The notes below the pieces were generated by a model. The model searched no databases. It had not been told where the DNA came from and saw nothing but the letters and a program-made list of their open reading frames with translations. The position numbers and the translations under genes are program-made. Below, one piece after another: positions 56,883 through 64,000 of a DNA stretch of 64,000 nt; position 1 is the first letter of the stretch, and every line of letters starts with the position of its first letter. This DNA is from Eledone cirrhosa (lineage: Eukaryota), in contig OZ024740.1 of the NCBI GenBank assembly GCA_964016885.1, positions 308,016,001-308,080,000 on the forward strand. Reading direction: 5' to 3'.

Positions 56883-57734
56883 TGCATATGTATAAACATA
56901 TATATATATGTATATATATGTTTATACATAAACATGTGTGTGTAGATATATATACTGAAAAAATTTGGTTACACAGCTGAAAATGAAACAAAATCTTTTA
57001 ATGCCGATCATTGAAAAGATATTTTTTTTGCCGTTGAAAGAGATTGCAGGCAAACACGGGCGTTACACTTTGTATATGGAGATTAACGGGTGATCATTAA
57101 CAAGTCCGAAGATCAAACACTGTAGGTTGTAGGTCTCCACCTAGAAGAGGGCTGTTTCTCATATAGTCAATTGTATGTAGGTTCTTCCAGAGTAGGAAGC
57201 CCCCATATATGCCCCAAAGAATAAAGTTGAAAACATTGTATACACTGAAGTTCTGTAAATAATCTTCAGAAAAATTATCGATTGCGAGCATTTCGAATGT
57301 CAGATTAGTTGATAACATACGAAAAACCTCAATTATTACCAATTTTATTTAGTGTTGTTTGAAGTCAATAACCCCCACCCCCACCACCCAAAATGTTTTT
57401 TTTAAATAAGTATTATAGCTATTTCTTTCTTTCGCTTTTGTTTCATTATTTTCCATTCACTACTTTTATTACAATTGTTTAATCAAAATATCCAGTACAG
57501 TACATCTGTTGATTAATTTTACTTCAATATAGAGGTTTCTAGGACCTTGCATTGTCATTTACAAAGAGAAAGAATCTAGGACTTTGCACTCTTAATTACT
57601 GCATAGACTGCAAATTTTAACCTATCTCTAACGTATTTATCACATTAAATAATGGGTTAAATACCCGAACACATCTTGTTACGGTCTAACACTAATAAAT
57701 TTGTCCATCTACCGTTTAAAACATTATCATTATT

Positions 57735-57858
57735 GTCTGAGTTCAAATCCCGCCGAGGTTAACTTTGTCTTTCATCCTTACGCTGTCGATAAAATAAAGT
57801 ACCAGTAATATACTGTTTAATTGCTGGCCTTGTGCCAAAAGTAGAAACAATTATTATT
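57735..57858 (+). mobile_element. SINE A, 5'-truncated (minus copy 59040-59160)
   Basis: B-box, central domain and tail. Confidence 0.85.
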
Positions 57859-57863
57859 GTTGC

Positions 57864-57919
<56 letters not shown>

Positions 57920-57949
57920 TTACCAATAGATATTAACCAATCTTTATAC

Positions 57950-58088
57950 AACTTGACATTTCTGATAATTTCACACGAATGAAACAGCTCTAGTACTGTA
58001 GGAGCCATTTCTCTGTTAAATAATGATGCTTACACTCTACTAATTTCCTGAGTACCTGTTTTAACTGTGGTTACGCCCGATTTTTCTC

Positions 58089-58090
<2 letters not shown>
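57950..58090 (+). mobile_element. Decayed HHR element related to the 20026 family (opposite-strand copy 59180-59312)
   Basis: CTGATAA-TTTCACACGAAT-GAAA-CAG..CTG-TA; the sister copy reads CTAATGA, giving consensus CTGATGA. Confidence 0.7.
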
Positions 58091-58143
<53 letters not shown>

Positions 58144-58284
58144 TTTTAAGACATTTTATGACATTATGTGCATCATGTATTCTGTCTTTTTCCATATAGC
58201 GCTGGCCTCGGGACTCCCCTGCTGGTCCTTTAACCTTGTTCTGGTAACGCAGCTCGATGGAGCATGCAACCACTGATATACTCA

Positions 58285-58348
58285 TGTTTATAGGCTCTGA
58301 TGATTCTTGCCATGGTGTACGGATGAAACGCTGTTAGCTAATAAAACA
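58285..58348 (+). ncRNA. Type I hammerhead motif
   Basis: GGCT-CTGATGA-TTCT..GGAT-GAAA-CGCTG-TT-AGCT with TGTTTAT/ATAAAACA extension. Confidence 0.65.
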
Positions 58349-58653
58349 ATGTATTTCTAAGCACTCTTTGGTTATTCCTATAACTATAACTGCTCTGTAG
58401 TATACTAGTTATCCTATATTGAGCTAAAACCACACTGTCATACCAAGGGCAATATATCTGCATGTCTGGGCATATTGATATATTTGTCAACGAAATATAT
58501 ATATAATAAAGGTTGACGGACCCAGCATATTTATCAATGCCAGTACCGGTTGTATCTCAGCGTACTCCATGGGCAATGTAAGATACATTCCCAGAGTATA
58601 CACAAAGTTATTTGCTTCAACACAACACACGTAAAACGGGTGCCTATAAGGTT

Positions 58654-58763
58654 CCCGGACTCGAGTTTCTGCCGCACTAATGCAGCAGCAAGGTGCACAG
58701 CGCCATCTGTCTGCATATGTTATGCAACAATGCACAATCCACTTATGCGGCTTCATCAGCGGG
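58654..58763 (-). ncRNA. Type I hammerhead motif with 83-nt stem II domain
   Basis: Reverse complement CCCG-CTGATGA-AGCCGCAT...GTGCGGCA-GAAA-CTCGAG-TC-CGGG. Confidence 0.82.
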
Positions 58764-59471
58764 TATCGCCTAATCAATAACCAATCGATCGACAGAATCC
58801 TAAGGCCAGCCTATGCCGGCCATGACTGTTTGTGACGACTGACACGGTAAAGCTATTAGCAACTGGCACCCGATAGGACTCTATCTCTCAACTAGCCACT
58901 GATTTACAAATTTTATGTGGGGACGGGAAACTAGAAGCTCTCAGCCAACGTGTCTCACACACAAATTATCAAGGGGTGAAAAGATGGCCATTAGAAATAG
59001 CAGTTCACATTGATATAAAATAAACAAATATATATATATAATTGTTTCTACTTTTGGCACAAGGCCAGCAATTATCCCAGTGTATTACTGGTACTTTATT
59101 TTATCGACCCCGTAAGGATGAAAGGTAAAGTTAACCTCGGCGGGATTTGAACTCAGATCATATATATATATATATATAATGGGGAGTAACCACAGCTAAA
59201 AAAGCTATTCAATGCATTAGTAGAGTGTAAGCATCATTATCTAATATAGAAATGGCTTCTACAGTACTAGAACTGTTTCATTCGTATGAAATCATTAGAA
59301 ATGCTAAGTGGCTTAGAGAGTGGTTCGTATATATAAGTTTCCCAGTGGCTGGAGATGATATAATATATTTATATGTGTTTGTTGTGTGTGTGTGTTTACG
59401 TGTGTGGATAGCAATAAATAGATAAGTATGCATGTTTGTCTGTGTCTAGTCTCACTGTGTATGAGTACATG

Positions 59472-59559
<88 letters not shown>

Positions 59560-59916
59560 ATAGCCCATATCGCTTGTCTCTTTTTCACCATCACCCACTT
59601 TTTCAACACTAATCTATCAATCTACTACATTTGGTTTTATAATATTTATAATAATGTCTTTCACTTTCTTTCACCTCGCCCAGCACAACCACTGCTTTCT
59701 CATTCCACATGCGTATTTCTTGACAGAAGGAGGGAAACTAGTAAATAGAAAGGACTCATGATGTTGTCTTTTATGATAGGCTTGACCGTGGGTTAAGAAA
59801 TTAATTTCAAGTTCTCTCTCCTTGTGTAGTACTTTGAGTAATAGCCATGGATTTACCAATATCTTTTACGTGAAACTGTGCAAAAGCTTGCCGTATGTAT
59901 GTATGTATGTATGTAT

Positions 59917-60988
59917 GTCGGCGATTAAACCAGCAACCCCACCAAGCTTGCTTGGTGGGGAAGAGGGTGATTTTGGACACCCTGCAGGATGAAAAACAAA
60001 GGGCGGAGAAACTCGAGTGAGTCAATGGCCATCTAATAAAAAATGTTTGAGGAGCAAGAGACACCCTGTTTTCATTAAGACATCTCTCAAGGAGAAGGTC
60101 TCTCTGATTTAAAACGTGCGACTTTGTTTGCATCCAATGATATAGACCAGTTCTACTTTTTGGGTAAATGCATTCGCTGTTCAGAGATTGCGATTGGGCT
60201 CCTGCAAAGCCTTTCCTGACTTAAAAAGCTTCAAGCCCAGGCATTACTCGAATTGAATTGCAGCCATCATGTATGTATGTATGTATGTATGTATGTATGT
60301 ATGTATGTATGTATGTATGTATGTATGTATGTATGTATGTATGTATGTATGTATGTATGTATCGATGTATGTATGTATGTCAGGTCACCAGTTAGTGCTA
60401 CTGGTAACATGTATCCCAGTACAACCTGTCTCATGGTCGGGTCGTTGGCGACTAAACTGGCAACCCCACCAAGGTTTCTTGGTGAGGAGGGTGACTTTGG
60501 ACATCCTGCAGGACTAAAAACAAAACCTGTCAAAGGGCAAAGGAGCTCTTAAGAGTCAATGGCCATCCAAAATCACCGGGAGAGATGACCCCTTAGCCTT
60601 TGTCAAGGCAGAATTCTAGGAGAAGGAAAACTCTGATATAACACCTGCAACCCTGATGGTATCCAATGATGTTGACTTGTTCTTCTTTTTGGTAAATATC
60701 ATCTTGGTTAAGAGAGTGGGACTGGCTTTGTGCAGTGCCTTTGCTCACTATAAAAGCTTCACGGCACAGGCATTGCTTTATATCTGGAGATCTTTCTGCA
60801 CTTGTCGTCACATGGTACCATGGGCCCAGCACTATGTGTCAATAATTGTCACAAGTGTAGTGTTTATACCAGAGTTTTCAAGTCGCTGGCTGGACTAAAA
60901 AGTCACACTCGTTCAGCGCATCGGTAGGGGTTCTCCTACATGGATATAAAGTAGTGGCCGTACTCGAAAACGAGTTGGCAGCCACCAT
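59917..60988 (+). mobile_element. Two copies of the RTE-UTR-like non-coding family separated and flanked by (TATG)n
   Basis: 60620-60988 is a near-identical reverse complement of 25465-25835. Confidence 0.7.
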
Positions 60989-62664
60989 GTATGTATGCAT
61001 GTAGGTATGTATGTATGTGTGTATGTATGTATGTATGTGTGTATGTGTGTATGTATGTATGTATGTATGTATGTATGCACGTATGTATGTATATACGACC
61101 GCGTTTATTGTTCATTTATAACATTCAATCACACACACACACTCGCGCACGCACACACACACATGTGTACCCTCGCACATACATATACATATATACACAA
61201 TCATATGTGCATAAACTTGCTTACTTATAACATTGTCGTGACAATTTTGATTTACACACGCACAACAAAACTGAAATATATGTACTTATACACATGTAAA
61301 TCATGCACATAAACGCATGGTTGCACTACAGAATAGATACACACACATACTCAGATATATATATACAAACATACAATGATATACAAACATACATGCTTAT
61401 ACAAACATACATGCATATACAAACATACATGCATATAAATGTGCATGTTTACACGCATACCCCCCCACACACACACACATACATACACATATACTGGTGC
61501 AAACACACAAGCAATTCTACTACACATGTAACGCCTGAAGAAGCTGCTGTTGATAACCATGGAATCAAATCATGTGATGCAATTGTTTCTCTAAGGTTTG
61601 GCTATCACATGAGTTCTGGGCAATCACATGATTTGGGGAGCAATCACATGATTTCTGAGCTATCACATGCTTTCTGGGCTAACAGGCCAACAACAGCAGC
61701 AACAACAGCAACAACAGCAACAGCAACAACAACAGCAGCAGCAACAATAGAAATAACAGCAATAACATCAAATGTTGTATCCACATTGCCTGCAGAAAAT
61801 TCAGCAGTAGAAGCAGCAATTACACCATATCAGCAACATCAACAACAACTTTAACAATTCACATACAGCGCCGCCAACAAAAACGTTGAATCAATAAGGG
61901 AGCCTCTATGTAGTCATTCTATTGTAAGAAATACCAGCTAAATCTCACGCAAACCACACCTTACTGTCCTAAAAACCGATGGTTACATTGAACGATGAAT
62001 TTCTAGACATAAAAAAAAATGGATGACCTGGAATGGAAAGTCTTTGGCTATAGTTCTGCTAGATAAATGCTTATATGGGAGTATATAATGAAAATATTGA
62101 TAACAATAATAAAGACATTAACAACAATAATATCAAGAATTTTAATAACAATAGTTACAACTTTAGCAAAAACCGCAACAGCTGCAACCACACAATTACA
62201 ACAAATAGACTACTCATTGTTTTGTTTTGTTGTTTTTTATTCTTTTTATTAATTTTTTAAGCCAAGTATCCCAAAGATGTCTCGCAGGGTTTCGAATATA
62301 TGATATAACTAAAGGTTATTTTGTGGAACAACCTTCTAAAAATTCTTGAAATCTACGATTTTCTAAGTTAAGACGTTCATGTATTTCTTAAGAATATTAG
62401 TGATATAAAGTGGCAACAAAGTTTTGCTCATATCACTGAGATCTTTTTACAGATCTTGTACTTCAAACGTTATTATGTTTACTTTAATTCCTGAAGATAT
62501 GAAAGTCACTATGCAAGCCTACTGGTCATAACCTCTGTCAGATTTTCCACGAATTGACCTAACACTATTTTCAATCTTTCAACATTTGTTTTCGTTTCAC
62601 AAACAAAAATCCAGATTTTTAAACAATTTCTTGTTTGAATGATTTGAGAAATAATGGACGAAGT

Positions 62665-63085
62665 AATAATAATAATAATTGTTTCTACTTTTGGAATAAG
62701 GCCAGCAATTTGAAGGGAAGGGGAAAGTAGATTAAATCGACCCCAGTGCTTACTGGTACTTTCTTTTATCAACCCCGTAAGGATGAAAGGCAAAGCTAAC
62801 CTCGGTGGGATTTGAACTCAGAACGTAAAGGGACGTAACTATGCCACGAAATATGATGTCCAACGCTCTACCGATTCTGCCAACCCACTGTCCTTAATAA
62901 TTTTTTCTACATTAGGCACAAGGCCAACAATTTGACGGGAGGGGAAAGTCAATTAAATCGACCCCGATGCGTGAATGGTGCTTTATTTTATCGACCTCGT
63001 AAGGATGAAAGGCAAAGCTAACCTCGGCGGTATTTGAACTCAGAACGTAAAGGGCCATATGGTGTCCAATACTGCAAATCCATCA
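62665..63085 (-). mobile_element. Tandem pair of SINE A
   Basis: Two reverse B-box/central-domain units. Confidence 0.85.
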
Positions 63086-63102
63086 ATAATAATAACAATA
63101 AC

Positions 63103-64000
63103 TATATTTTCCAGCTTGCATTCGATCTTTCTGTAAATCTAATTACATTGTCTGACACTTGAGTAAATTTCAGACAGTCTAATATCCAACTGTGGGGACT
63201 ATGTCGTAGGCTTTCTTATAGTCCATCCATGCCATGGCTAAGTTCTTGTGCCACATTTTACAATCTGCAGTTGAACTTTTGTCCTCTTGCTGTTCTTTAT
63301 GTAACCTTTCTACTCTTCCGGTAAAATTTCATTCTCTTCAAGGATCTTATACATGGTCTCCGAGATGATTCCAGTCATAAGTTTCCACATTATTGGCAAG
63401 CAAAATATGGGTCTGAAATTATCTACCAACATTGTCTTTAGAAGGGTCCTTCTGACAGAACACAGTCCTACCTCTTGTCATCCATATATGTATCTCTGCA
63501 TGGTTGTTTAACATGGAATACATTTGAGCTGTGAGTCACTCATATGAAGATGTCACCTTCTTCAACCAAAAGTCCTGGTCCCCATCAAGTTCAGGAGCTT
63601 TCCGATTGATAATTTCCTGTGGGGAACAGTTGGGCTCTGTTAACATACGAAGGGGCATATTTCAGCGAGACAGTTTATCACCACTCTTATTCGTTATCTG
63701 CATGATGCCCTTGACCCAAGTCCTGAGAAAAGTGAAAATGGGATATGTGCTAGATGGTATTAAGATTAACCATCTCTTACTCCTGGATGATTTAAAGTTA
63801 TTTGCAAAAAAAGAGGACGAAATTGACAGCTTAACATCTACTGTAAACCTGGTTAGTCAGGATATTGAGATGGAGTTTGACAAAAACAAATATGGTGTTG
63901 TAACCCTGAAACGTGAAAAACTAACAAAGAGTAGAGGGGTTGAGATTGCAAATGGCCAGACTATTAAAGAAGTGGGGAAGAAAGGATACAAGTATTTGGC
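63103..64000. mobile_element. R4/Dong-like RT remnant with inverted 5' segment (63103-63614 minus; 63615-64000 plus)
   Basis: Minus: [37 protein letters not shown]. Plus: IRRGIFQRDSLSPLLF, HLLLLDDLKL, YKYL. Confidence 0.88.

Noticed and set aside
60381-60465. HDV-like ribozyme at the 5' end of the RTE-UTR-like repeat (GG-GTCG..CGA-CTAA)
   Set aside because: P4 and J4/2-like pieces are present, but I could not build a canonical P1 and P3/L3. It needs a descriptor search on the family consensus.
61535-61541. CTGAAGA heptamer
   Set aside because: No downstream GAAA or stems.
62491-62511. CTGAAGA-TAT-GAAA-GTCAC-TA minimal core
   Set aside because: No stem II and stem I does not pair.

Overview
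AT-rich, microsatellite-saturated eukaryotic DNA. The SINE/LINE repertoire resembles a coleoid cephalopod, probably Octopus (inference). I found no convincing host protein-coding gene: almost all listed ORFs are translations of simple repeats. Recognisable content: decayed Tx1/L1-clade LINEs (five copies, one with a zinc-knuckle ORF1 plus APE-RT), RTE/RTE-X and R4/Dong fragments, a hAT transposase remnant, an internally deleted Helitron, MITEs, many tRNA-derived SINEs, and 42-bp and 28-bp tandem arrays. The main unexplained signal is a dense population of short non-coding elements embedded in (TA)n tracts. They come from many sequence families and mostly form head-to-head fold-backs carrying type I hammerhead ribozyme (HHR) motifs. 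About 17 have an intact CUGANGA/GAAA/NUH core by eye, plus decayed and half copies. One is a near-identical 310-bp tandem/inverted array with one HHR per unit (retrozyme or Penelope-like pseudo-LTR architecture). The fold-back axes cluster at the ribozyme, and unrelated families share a GAGYRC-like motif in their 3' tails. All structures were folded by hand; no activity or database evidence is claimed.
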